From Rickettsiales bacterium UBA2645 (lineage in GTDB: Bacteria > Pseudomonadota > Alphaproteobacteria > Rickettsiales > UBA1997), in the NCBI GenBank assembly GCA_002359655.1, contig DENL01000035.1, positions 13,105-77,104 on the forward strand: a stretch of 64,000 bases of DNA, written 5' to 3'. Position numbers and translations under genes: made by a program. Positions 39,543-47,349 of this stretch are shown piece after piece. The notes under the pieces are model-generated. The model did not search any database. It had not been told where the DNA came from and was given only the letters and a program-made list of their open reading frames with translations. Each line of letters opens with the position of its first letter. The first letter of the stretch is position 1.

Positions 39543-40967
39543 ATGACAGTTACAGCAAAAAGATTTGACCTTTGTGTTATTGGCGCTGGTCCTGGTGGTT
39601 ATGTTGCAGCAATTCGCGCAGCACAACTTGGATTAAAAGTTGGCATTGTTGAAGCCAATCACCTAGGCGGAATTTGTTTAAACTGGGGCTGCATTCCAAC
39701 TAAAGCACTTTTAAAATCTTCCGAAGTTAATCATCTTATACATAATTTGGATGCTTACGGATTTTCTGCTAAAGAAATAAAATTTGATTTTACAAAAATT
39801 ATTGAACGCTCAAGAGCAGTTTCAAAGCGCTTAAGTACTGGGATTGCTGGATTGATGAAAAAAAACAAAATCGAAGTAATTGACGGCTTCGCAAAATTTT
39901 TAGACGCCAAAAAAATCTCAGTTTCGCAAGATGGAAGAGAAGTCACACAAGTTGAAGCAGCTTATTTCATTGTGGCAACAGGCGCTAGAGCAAGAGTAAT
40001 TCCGGGAATGGAACCTGATATTGAAAATATTTGGACTTATCGCGAAGCTATGACTCCAAAGGCTTTGCCGAAATCTCTTTTAATTGTTGGTTCAGGTGCA
40101 ATTGGATCAGAGTTTGCTTCGTTCTACAGAAATATGGGCTCAGAAGTCACTTTAATTGAAATGGCCGAAAATATCTTACCAGTTGAAGATGAAGAAATTT
40201 CAAAACTGGCTAGAAAGTCTTTCGAAAAACAGGGCATTAAAGTTATAACAAGTGCCGCACTAAAATCTTTGAAAAAAGGCAAAGGCGAAGTTACCGCTTT
40301 GGTTGAAGTTAATGGCAAAGTTGAAGAAATCACAGCTGAAAAAGTTATTATGGCTGTTGGCATTGTAGCTAATGTAGAAAATTTAGGACTAGAAAAAACT
40401 AAAGTTAAAATCGACAAAGGTCGCATCATCGCCAACGGATATTTAGAAACCTCTGAAGCAAATATTTTTGCAATTGGTGATGTAGTTGGCGCTCCTTGGT
40501 TAGCTCACAAAGCATCTCATGAAGGCACAATCGCTGCTGAAAAAATCGCCAGCAAACTAAATAAATATGACGCCAAAAAAGTTCACCCAATCAAAGCAGA
40601 AAATATTCCGGGTTGCACTTACTCAATGCCACAAATCGCCTCGGTTGGATTAACCGAAAAGAAAGCTTTGGCAACTGGCAAAAAAATTAAAGTTGGTCGC
40701 TTCCCTTATCTGGCAAATGGCAAAGCAATTGCAGCTGGCGAAACCGAAGGTTTAATCAAAGTAATTTTTGATGAAAAAACTGGTGAACTTTTAGGAGCTC
40801 ATTTAATTGGTGCCGAAGTTACTGAAATGATTCAAGGATATGTAATTGCTAAACAAGCAGAGCTGACTGAGGAAGACTTAATGCATACAATTTTTGCTCA
40901 CCCAACTATGTCGGAAATGATGCATGAAGCCGTTTTAGATGCTTATGGCAGGGTTATTCATTTTTGA
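39543..40967 (+). CDS. lpdA: Dihydrolipoyl dehydrogenase (E3)
   Basis: It has GAGPGGY, the redox-active GGICLNWGCIPTK, and the C-terminal HAHPT interface motif. Confidence 0.95.
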   Translation: MTVTAKRFDLCVIGAGPGGYVAAIRAAQLGLKVGIVEANHLGGICLNWGCIPTKALLKSSEVNHLIHNLDAYGFSAKEIKFDFTKIIERSRAVSKRLSTGIAGLMKKNKIEVIDGFAKFLDAKKISVSQDGREVTQVEAAYFIVATGARARVIPGMEPDIENIWTYREAMTPKALPKSLLIVGSGAIGSEFASFYRNMGSEVTLIEMAENILPVEDEEISKLARKSFEKQGIKVITSAALKSLKKGKGEVTALVEVNGKVEEITAEKVIMAVGIVANVENLGLEKTKVKIDKGRIIANGYLETSEANIFAIGDVVGAPWLAHKASHEGTIAAEKIASKLNKYDAKKVHPIKAENIPGCTYSMPQIASVGLTEKKALATGKKIKVGRFPYLANGKAIAAGETEGLIKVIFDEKTGELLGAHLIGAEVTEMIQGYVIAKQAELTEEDLMHTIFAHPTMSEMMHEAVLDAYGRVIHF

Positions 40968-40968
40968 T

Positions 40969-40996
40969 TTGACAACAAAAATTCGATTCCTATTTT
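40969..40996 (+). promoter_or_regulatory. Sigma70-type promoter candidate just after the lpdA stop
   Basis: TTGACA (40969-40974), 16-nt spacer, TATTTT (40991-40996). The architecture matches the typA candidate. Confidence 0.3.
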
Positions 40997-41141
40997 GCGC
41001 CAACCTTTCAGTTAATTCGCAACTTCAACCCTTATTTGCTAAAACCAGTTAAGGGTTGTTATTTTGGGAAACGATTTAACGACAGAAAGAAACTAATCAG
41101 AAATTGATTAGATTTATCAAAACAATTTGGCGTAAAAAACA

Positions 41142-41381
41142 ATGAAAAAAATTTCATTAATCCTTGCTGTAATTTCTCTTTTTGCTACTGCTGCTCAAGC
41201 TGCTACTCCAGCTGCTAAAGCTGAAGTTAAAGCTGCTACAGCAACTGAAGCTGCTCCAGCTAAAGCTACTACTCCAGCAGTAGAAGCTGCTAAAACTGAA
41301 GTGAAAGCTCCAGCTAAAAAAGCTCATCACAAAAAAGCTAAAAAAGCTGAAGAAAAAGCTGAAGAAAAAACTGCTAACTAA
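41142..41381 (+). CDS. Small secreted Ala/Lys/Glu-rich low-complexity protein
   Basis: The 79-aa ORF has a signal peptide (MKKISLILAVISLFATAAQA) followed by AKAEVKAA...KKAHHKKAKKAEEKAEEK. A strong terminator follows. Confidence 0.55.
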   Translation: MKKISLILAVISLFATAAQAATPAAKAEVKAATATEAAPAKATTPAVEAAKTEVKAPAKKAHHKKAKKAEEKAEEKTAN

Positions 41382-41405
41382 TTAAAATTGGTTTTGCACT
41401 TCTTT

Positions 41406-41440
41406 AAAGCCAAACTGGCAATTGTCAGTTTGGCTTTTTT
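41406..41440 (+). terminator. Rho-independent terminator
   Basis: A 12-bp perfect stem AAAGCCAAACTG (41406-41417) / CAGTTTGGCTTT (41426-41437) runs into a T tract. Confidence 0.7.
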
Positions 41441-41511
41441 GTTAGGGGCGCAAACAAAGTTATACTTGATTTTATTTCAATCACAAAAAGAATGCGCCGC
41501 TCTTAATTTTT

Positions 41512-41586
41512 GCCGATTTAGCTCAGGGGTAGAGCTACTGTCTTGTAAACAGTGGGTCGGGAGTTCGAATCTCTCAATCGGCACCA
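41512..41586 (+). tRNA. tRNA-Thr (anticodon UGU); island attachment site
   Basis: GCCGATTTAGCTCAGGGGTAGAGCTACTGTCTTGTAAACAGTGGGTCGGGAGTTCGAATCTCTCAATCGGCACCA has anticodon loop CUUGUAA. Confidence 0.9.
41540..41586 (+). repeat. attL (3' 47 nt of the intact tRNA-Thr)
   Basis: GTCTTGTAAACAGTGGGTCGGGAGTTCGAATCTCTCAATCGGCACCA. Confidence 0.85.
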
Positions 41587-41946
41587 CTTCTTTCTAAGTT
41601 CCATACCATTTACAAAATTATCAAAATTCGTAAATGGGACACTCTCGGGACAATAAATAACAAAAATCCTTCATAACCTTTTGTAACGAAGAAAGAAATC
41701 TTTGTCTTGTCTATCTTGCAAATTTTTTGTCTTAGCAAAGAATTTTCCTGATAGAAACCATTTAGCTTATTTTAGCTTTTCTGAAGAATTTGTCCCTTGA
41801 ATGTCCCACAGAATAGAATCCTTATCTAACAATCCTTTATTTAAAAGTTTAAAGCAAATATTTCCTACTGATTAGTTATCAGTTGTTGCCATTTATTGTT
41901 ATTATTTCTAAGTTTTTCTCAATTCTTAGAATTAAATTAATCAAAA

Positions 41947-43011
41947 ATGGCAACCATTGAAAAACGAACCAGCTTAGATGGCACAACCTCTTATCGTGCA
42001 AAAGTAAGGCTAAAAGGCTATCCCGCACAAAATGCCACTTTTTCAAGATTAACTGATGCTAAAAAATGGGTTCAAGACACTGAATCAGCAATTCGCGAAG
42101 GCAGACACTTCAAAACCAACGCTGCAAAAAAACACACTGTAAAAGAATTAATTAATCGCTACTTCGAAGAAATATTATCTCGCAAAATAAAAGGAGTTAG
42201 TGACCAAACAACTCAACTCAATTGGTGGAAAGATAAAATTGGCAGCTTCCTACTTTCTGACATAAACACCGCGCTCATCATTGAAAATCGCAACAAACTT
42301 TTATCTGAAAAAAGTTTGCGCAAAGAAGGAAAACGAAGCAACGCAACCGTCAATCGCTATTGCGCATCATTAAGCCACTGCTTCACAATCGCCGTAAAAG
42401 AATGGGAGTGGTTACAAGAAAACCCAATGTTAAAAATGAAGAAACTAAAAGAACCACGCGGCAGAGTTAGATTTTTAAGCGATGAAGAAAGAGAAAGATT
42501 GCTCACAGTTTGCAAAGAAAGTCAAAGCCCTTTTCTTTATGTTTTAGTTGTTTTGGCAATCAGCACGGGAGCCAGAAAGATGGAGCTTTGCAGCCTTAAT
42601 TGGGAAGATGTCGATTTGAAGCGCGGCATGATAATTTTGCACGACACCAAAAACGGTGACAGAAGAGCATTGCCTTTGGTTGGCATTGCCAAAGATTTAA
42701 TGAAAGAGCATTACAAAAACCGCAACGAAAACACCAATCTAGTTTTCCCAGCAAAAAATTTAATCGATCCAATTGACATTCGCACACCTTTTGAAACTGC
42801 TCTAATCAAAGCAGAAATAAAAGATTTCAGATGGCATGATTTACGCCACTCTTGCGCAAGTTATTTGGCAATGAATGGCGCAACGCTGGCAGAAATTGCA
42901 GGCGTGTTGGGACACAAAACTTTGTCGATGGTTAAGCGCTATTCTCACATTTCAGAAGCACATACGGCAAAGGTGGTTGAGAGAATGAATAGTAAGATTT
43001 TTGGGGTATAA
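41947..43011 (+). CDS. int: Tyrosine-type site-specific integrase
   Basis: It has catalytic-domain motifs (ARKMEL... RWHDLRHSCASYLAMNG...LGH......Y) and an N-terminal SAM-like domain. Confidence 0.9.
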   Translation: MATIEKRTSLDGTTSYRAKVRLKGYPAQNATFSRLTDAKKWVQDTESAIREGRHFKTNAAKKHTVKELINRYFEEILSRKIKGVSDQTTQLNWWKDKIGSFLLSDINTALIIENRNKLLSEKSLRKEGKRSNATVNRYCASLSHCFTIAVKEWEWLQENPMLKMKKLKEPRGRVRFLSDEERERLLTVCKESQSPFLYVLVVLAISTGARKMELCSLNWEDVDLKRGMIILHDTKNGDRRALPLVGIAKDLMKEHYKNRNENTNLVFPAKNLIDPIDIRTPFETALIKAEIKDFRWHDLRHSCASYLAMNGATLAEIAGVLGHKTLSMVKRYSHISEAHTAKVVERMNSKIFGV

Positions 43012-43012
43012 A

Positions 43013-44086
43013 ATGAACGTTAAAAAAAATAACTTTCTAAAAGAATATCCAAGTGAGTTTTGTGGGCTGCTTGAATCATTCCAAAAAATTGGAAAACAAA
43101 TTTTTCAAGATTCGTGGGAAGGTGATGAGTGGGAGTTTAGTGATGGTAGTTATTTAGAGCCTAAAGAGGCAAAGCGAAGATTAGCGATGTATTGGAAAGA
43201 TGCTTGCGAAGAAGTTGAGGGTTGGACTAGTAGTCAAGAATTCAAAAAGAAGGCAATTGAGTGGATTACTCAAAAGAATACATGCGACGTTCATGCAAAA
43301 AGGGGCTATCCCTTAGATTCTTGGGATGTATCAGCTAGTGAAGCTAAAAAAATTACAATAAATCGGAAAGAGATTGATGATTGGATTCTTTGCGAGAGGG
43401 ATCGGGCGATTGAAAACCTATATCAAAGCAAAATAAATCTGGGACAAAACCCAAATTCTCTTTCAGATTTTAGGCACCTAAGGGATTCGATCGCAAAGGA
43501 TAAGGATTATGTCAAAAAATACAAAAAAAATTTAATGTGTGCTGAAACTATTGAAAGCCTTAGAAAAATAATAAGAGAAAATTTTGTGAGAGCAGAAATA
43601 CATGATAAGATTAACAAACATTTGCCGCAAAAAACTTTAGATCCAGAAAGAGTTGACGTTTTCAAATTTGCATTAAAAGAAAATCACATCAGATGCTTAG
43701 GGGGTTCTGGAAATTACGATTTAAAAGTTCCTAGAAAGCAGTTGGATCACGTTTTAAGGACTGGAAAAAAGTGGGCTGATAAAGACATTAATTTAAAGGC
43801 TAATGCTGTAAAGAAAGAAGCTACAGTCCCAAGTCGATTTACTAAAATGATAAAATCTCTTAAGGAAAAACCAGAATATGATTCGTGGGAAAAATTATGG
43901 AATTTTCTTTATATTGAAGCGGGCAAGACAGCTTCAGATAATCAATCTTTTAGAGACAAATACGAGCTTCTTGAATTTGAAATAAAACAAGGCGTGCCGC
44001 AGGCGATTAGATTTAAAACTGTTGAAAGCAAAAGAGAAAGCTCAATGCGGAAATCCTCTTTTAAAAGAGCTTATACCAAAGCTTAG
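43013..44086 (+). CDS. Hypothetical protein (357 aa), translationally coupled to int
   Basis: The ATG at 43013 follows directly after the int stop TAA (43009-43011). The product is charged and soluble with no recognisable motif. Confidence 0.55.
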   Translation: MNVKKNNFLKEYPSEFCGLLESFQKIGKQIFQDSWEGDEWEFSDGSYLEPKEAKRRLAMYWKDACEEVEGWTSSQEFKKKAIEWITQKNTCDVHAKRGYPLDSWDVSASEAKKITINRKEIDDWILCERDRAIENLYQSKINLGQNPNSLSDFRHLRDSIAKDKDYVKKYKKNLMCAETIESLRKIIRENFVRAEIHDKINKHLPQKTLDPERVDVFKFALKENHIRCLGGSGNYDLKVPRKQLDHVLRTGKKWADKDINLKANAVKKEATVPSRFTKMIKSLKEKPEYDSWEKLWNFLYIEAGKTASDNQSFRDKYELLEFEIKQGVPQAIRFKTVESKRESSMRKSSFKRAYTKA

Positions 44087-44090
44087 TTGT

Positions 44091-44170
44091 TATCCGCAAT
44101 CTATCCGCAAACTTTATCCTGCGCCATTCCACTCTTCGCGCTATCCGCAATCTATCCGCGGCCTACCCGC
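44091..44170 (+). repeat. Iteron-like array of TATCCGC units with ~11-bp phasing
   Basis: TATCCGCAATCTATCCGC occurs at 44091-44108 and 44142-44159. Degenerate units are TATCCTGCGC at 44115 and TACCCGC at 44164. An adjacent 7-bp palindrome ATTTCAT-CAA-ATGAAAT lies at 44171-44187. Confidence 0.7.
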
Positions 44171-44275
44171 ATTTCATCAAATGAAATTATCGAAATTTAG
44201 ATATTAGATCGTTGCCGAGTCAGCAAGAACACTGCTGGTTTTTCTTCAATTATTAATAACTAAATTTTTATAAAA

Positions 44276-44503
44276 ATGTCACAAGAAAGTAATCGTCAAA
44301 AAGTCAGACTACTAACCGTAAATCAATTTATCGAAGCTCATCCATTTATGACTTCTGGAGGATTGAGGGCTCTAATTTTTCAATCTCGTTTTAACGATCT
44401 CGATAAGAAAAAAGTAATAAAGCGAATCGGAAGAAAAATTCTTTTAGATGAGGCGGCTTTTTTTGAATGGCTTAACGAAAGAAGTGAGGTCAACCATGTC
44501 TAG
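44276..44503 (+). CDS. Excisionase/AlpA-like helix-turn-helix (HTH_17-type) protein
   Basis: The 75-aa ORF has LLTVNQFIE...GLRALIF...KRIGRKILLDEAAFFEWLNE, which matches the Xis/AlpA-type pattern. Confidence 0.6.
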   Translation: MSQESNRQKVRLLTVNQFIEAHPFMTSGGLRALIFQSRFNDLDKKKVIKRIGRKILLDEAAFFEWLNERSEVNHV

Positions 44504-44948
44504 AACAGCAAAAAAGCTCGTGGTTTCCAAGTTTGGAGACGTAGGAAATCACGAGCCAAACCCCTTTAAATTCGAACTAAAAGGCTCAGCAATACTAAGA
44601 AATGATTCCCCTAACTGCAACCAAAAATCCAAAAGATTGGTTCTGTGGTTCAGGCTAACCAAAAACGACCAAGAGGTGGTTTTTGTTCTTAAGGGTCAAA
44701 AAGCTAAAACCCTTAAGGCTTTGATAGAAAAAGGCGATAAAGGCTGCACGGCTTTGGAAATATCCAAAACTTTTGCCCTGCGTTTAAGTGAGTATATCAG
44801 GGCTTTACGCAGAGATTGCATTTGCGGTGGTTATAATCTCAACATAACAACCAACAAAGAGCCTAATCCAGTTGGATGGCATGGTAGATACTTGCTAAAT
44901 GACGATGTTGAGCTCTTAGAAAATGATGTTTTTGGAGGTGTGAAATGA
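44496..44948 (+). CDS. Winged-helix (HTH_39-like) DNA-binding protein
   Basis: The ATG at 44496 has a GAGG Shine-Dalgarno sequence and overlaps the upstream stop. GCTALEISKTFALRLSEYIRALRRD...WHGRYLL resembles the HTH_39 family. Confidence 0.5.
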   Translation: MSRTAKKLVVSKFGDVGNHEPNPFKFELKGSAILRNDSPNCNQKSKRLVLWFRLTKNDQEVVFVLKGQKAKTLKALIEKGDKGCTALEISKTFALRLSEYIRALRRDCICGGYNLNITTNKEPNPVGWHGRYLLNDDVELLENDVFGGVK

Positions 44949-45937
44949 AGCGAAAAATTCCTCAAACATTTGAAGAGACGATTGCCGAATGTGATAGGGC
45001 TTTAAGTTTGGGCATAACCAACACCGAAGACCTCTATAAACCACTAGCAATTGCACTTAACGGTCATGAATTTTTATCAAAGAAATTGCCAAAAAGAGAG
45101 TTAATAATCTCGCCCTGCTTACCAAAGCAGGGTTTGGCAATGATTTTTGCTAAAAGAGGCGTTGGTAAAACATATTTTTCTTTGCTTCTTGCCTGCAAGA
45201 TTGCTAGCGGCAGAGATGTCTTTAAAAATAGATGGAAGGTTAATAAAGAGTGGAAATTGCTTTATATTGACGGTGAAATGCCAGCAAGTGATATGCAAGA
45301 AAGATTAAAAACCTTGATTAGCGAAGATACTAAAAAAGAAAATCTCTCTATCATAACTCGCGACCTTCAGAAAAACGGCATAATGCCTAATATTTCTAGT
45401 CAAGAAGGACAGGAAGCTTTAGAGCCACATATTCAAAAAGCTGATGTTATCATTATTGATAATCTTTCAACTCTAGCAATGTGTGGCAAAGAAAATGAAG
45501 CAACTAGTTGGGATCCAATTGCACAATGGGCTTTAAGACTTCGCTCAATTGGTAAAACAATTATTTTCATTCATCATGCTGGTAAAGATAATAATCAACG
45601 AGGCACTTCTAAGAAAGAGGATATTTTAGACACGGTAATAAATCTAAGACATCCATCAAACTATAGTAGCGAAGAAGGCGCAAGATTTGAAGTTCACTTT
45701 GAAAAATCGCGTGGCTTTGCTGGTGAAGAAGCTAAAGCTTTTGAGGTTAAGCTTGAAATAAAAAATGATAAAGCACTCTGGCAAACTAATGAAATAGAAG
45801 ATTTGGAGCTTGAGAGAGTAGTCGAATTAAGTCATGATGGTTTGAGTCAAAGAGATATTGTTAACGAGACTGGTATTAGCCTTTCAAAAGTTAATCGGAT
45901 ATTGAAGAGACGCAAAAAAGAACTTAACAAAACTTAA
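44945..45937 (+). CDS. RecA-fold AAA_25/RepA-like ATPase with C-terminal HTH
   Basis: It has Walker A AKRGVGKTY, Walker B VIIIDNLS, IFIHHAGKDNNQRGTSKKED, and a C-terminal LSQRDIVNETGISLSKVNRILK. Its start overlaps the upstream stop as ATGA. Confidence 0.75.
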   Translation: MKRKIPQTFEETIAECDRALSLGITNTEDLYKPLAIALNGHEFLSKKLPKRELIISPCLPKQGLAMIFAKRGVGKTYFSLLLACKIASGRDVFKNRWKVNKEWKLLYIDGEMPASDMQERLKTLISEDTKKENLSIITRDLQKNGIMPNISSQEGQEALEPHIQKADVIIIDNLSTLAMCGKENEATSWDPIAQWALRLRSIGKTIIFIHHAGKDNNQRGTSKKEDILDTVINLRHPSNYSSEEGARFEVHFEKSRGFAGEEAKAFEVKLEIKNDKALWQTNEIEDLELERVVELSHDGLSQRDIVNETGISLSKVNRILKRRKKELNKT

Positions 45938-45957
45938 CCTTTTAAGAGCTCAAAAAA

Positions 45958-45999
45958 TGTTTCACTGTTTCATTTCTTAAGGGATGAAACGGTGAAACA
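45958..45999 (-). terminator. 16-bp stem-loop; a terminator on the minus strand or a structured origin element
   Basis: TGTTTCACTGTTTCAT (45958-45973) pairs with ATGAAACGGTGAAACA (45984-45999) with one G-U. A T-run follows only when read on the minus strand. Confidence 0.4.
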
Positions 46000-46188
46000 A
46001 AATAACAAATGTCATTTAACTTACTGCCAAAAGCCTTCTAATGCCATACCCACCCCCCTATTTCAAAAAATAGATGAACCACCCCATGCACACAAAGCAC
46101 TTTTAGGGTAGAGATTTTTTTCCAATTTTTTACTCTAACCCTTAAATCAAATCCCAAATTCACCACAACAATTTAACCAATCTCAACA

Positions 46189-46470
46189 ATGACTCATGCT
46201 AGATTTAACATCAATAACGCTAAGAAATGCTTAGCCACAACCAAAAGAAGTAAAACACTTTGCCAAGCTCCCGCAATGAAAAATAGCAGATGTCGATTGC
46301 ACGGCGGAAAATCAACAGGGGCGAGAACTAAAGAGGGATTAAAGAAGCTAAAAGAAATCAATTATCGAAATGGTTGCAGCACTAAGGAAGCAATCGAATA
46401 TCGCAAAGAATCCAGAGAATTTTTAAGGCTATGCAATTTACTTTTTGAGATTGGGTATTTTCACAGATAG
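46189..46470 (+). CDS. HGG-motif protein (CRLHGGKSTGARTKEG)
   Basis: The 93-aa ORF has the HGGxSTG motif typical of a small family found on alphaproteobacterial mobile elements. Confidence 0.55.
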   Translation: MTHARFNINNAKKCLATTKRSKTLCQAPAMKNSRCRLHGGKSTGARTKEGLKKLKEINYRNGCSTKEAIEYRKESREFLRLCNLLFEIGYFHR

Positions 46471-46474
46471 AAAA

Positions 46475-46687
46475 CTACAACAGCTCTGAAGGCTTAATTT
46501 TTAGAAAGGCCGCTATTTTGTGGATGGTAAACAATGAGGGATTTCTCTTGCCGCGCTCAAGCAATCCAATGTAAGTTCTGTCAAACTCCAACGACAAAGC
46601 CAAGGCCTCTTGGCTCAATCCAGTAGCCAATCGCGCCTCTTTTAGTTTTTCCCCGAAATGTATAAGAATTTTGTCTTTATCAACCAT
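46475..46687 (-). CDS. XRE-family helix-turn-helix transcriptional regulator
   Basis: The 70-aa ORF has LKEARLATGLSQEALALSLEFDRTYIGLLERGKRNPS. Confidence 0.85.
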   Translation of the reverse strand: MVDKDKILIHFGEKLKEARLATGLSQEALALSLEFDRTYIGLLERGKRNPSLFTIHKIAAFLKIKPSELL

Positions 46688-46693
46688 AATAGG

Positions 46694-46722
46694 TTGACAA
46701 TTTCAGCTTCCTGATTTTTAGT
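46694..46722 (+). promoter_or_regulatory. Promoter candidate for the cargo operon, in the XRE/cargo divergent region
   Basis: TTGACA (46694-46699), 17-nt spacer, TTTAGT. It lies immediately next to the XRE start codon. Confidence 0.3.
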
Positions 46723-46760
46723 CGACGGACTGATAGTCTCTAACAACTACTAACGCATTC

Positions 46761-47306
46761 ATGAAAAGAATTATATTAGTCACTATCTGTTTTCTCGCCT
46801 CTGCCGAAGTCCAAGCTGGATTTGGAGGAGGAGTTCGTGGTTCTCCTTATGACCTTTACAACTTACCAATAGCTCAAGTAGAAAGACTTTTGGTTGATTG
46901 CGAAAAAAAGTATTATCCTGAGTATTATGCAACCACTCCATTTCCTGAAAGATACCATGCCTTACAAACTCGCCAAAAACTACATTACTGCATGAGAAAA
47001 TTAATGCAGACTGGTGATTTTGAAGAAGATAAATGGTATAGAATAGGGAACATAAACAATGGAAATGAAAATAGATATGAGCAGGTAGTTGGCCATGAGT
47101 TGCCAGACGAATATTACTTAATCCCAATTGAGAATTATTCTGAAAGAATGGAATTTCTCGGTAAAGGTATGGATCAGAAATATGCTGAAGATGAGGAAAA
47201 AAGACGACAAGAGCTTAAAAAGAAATTCGGTTGGGCTGCAAATATTGTTGGTTTCTTCAACCCTATTCTAGGCGGCGTTTTCACTGGCGTTGGCGCGGCG
47301 CAATAA
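46761..47306 (+). CDS. Secreted hypothetical protein with a Gly-rich hydrophobic C-terminus
   Basis: It has a signal peptide (MKRIILVTICFLASAEVQA). The C-terminal GWAANIVGFFNPILGGVFTGVGAAQ is glycine-zipper-like. Confidence 0.6.
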   Translation: MKRIILVTICFLASAEVQAGFGGGVRGSPYDLYNLPIAQVERLLVDCEKKYYPEYYATTPFPERYHALQTRQKLHYCMRKLMQTGDFEEDKWYRIGNINNGNENRYEQVVGHELPDEYYLIPIENYSERMEFLGKGMDQKYAEDEEKRRQELKKKFGWAANIVGFFNPILGGVFTGVGAAQ

Positions 47307-47349
47307 ATAAACACTTAAACTCAATTAACCCAATTTAATAAAAGAATTT

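Noticed and set aside
44022-44207. A 61-aa ORF spanning the TATCCGC repeats
   Set aside because: Its repetitive peptide (YPQSIRKLYP...YPQSIRGLP) simply reflects the DNA iterons. It is more likely a protein-binding DNA array than a gene.
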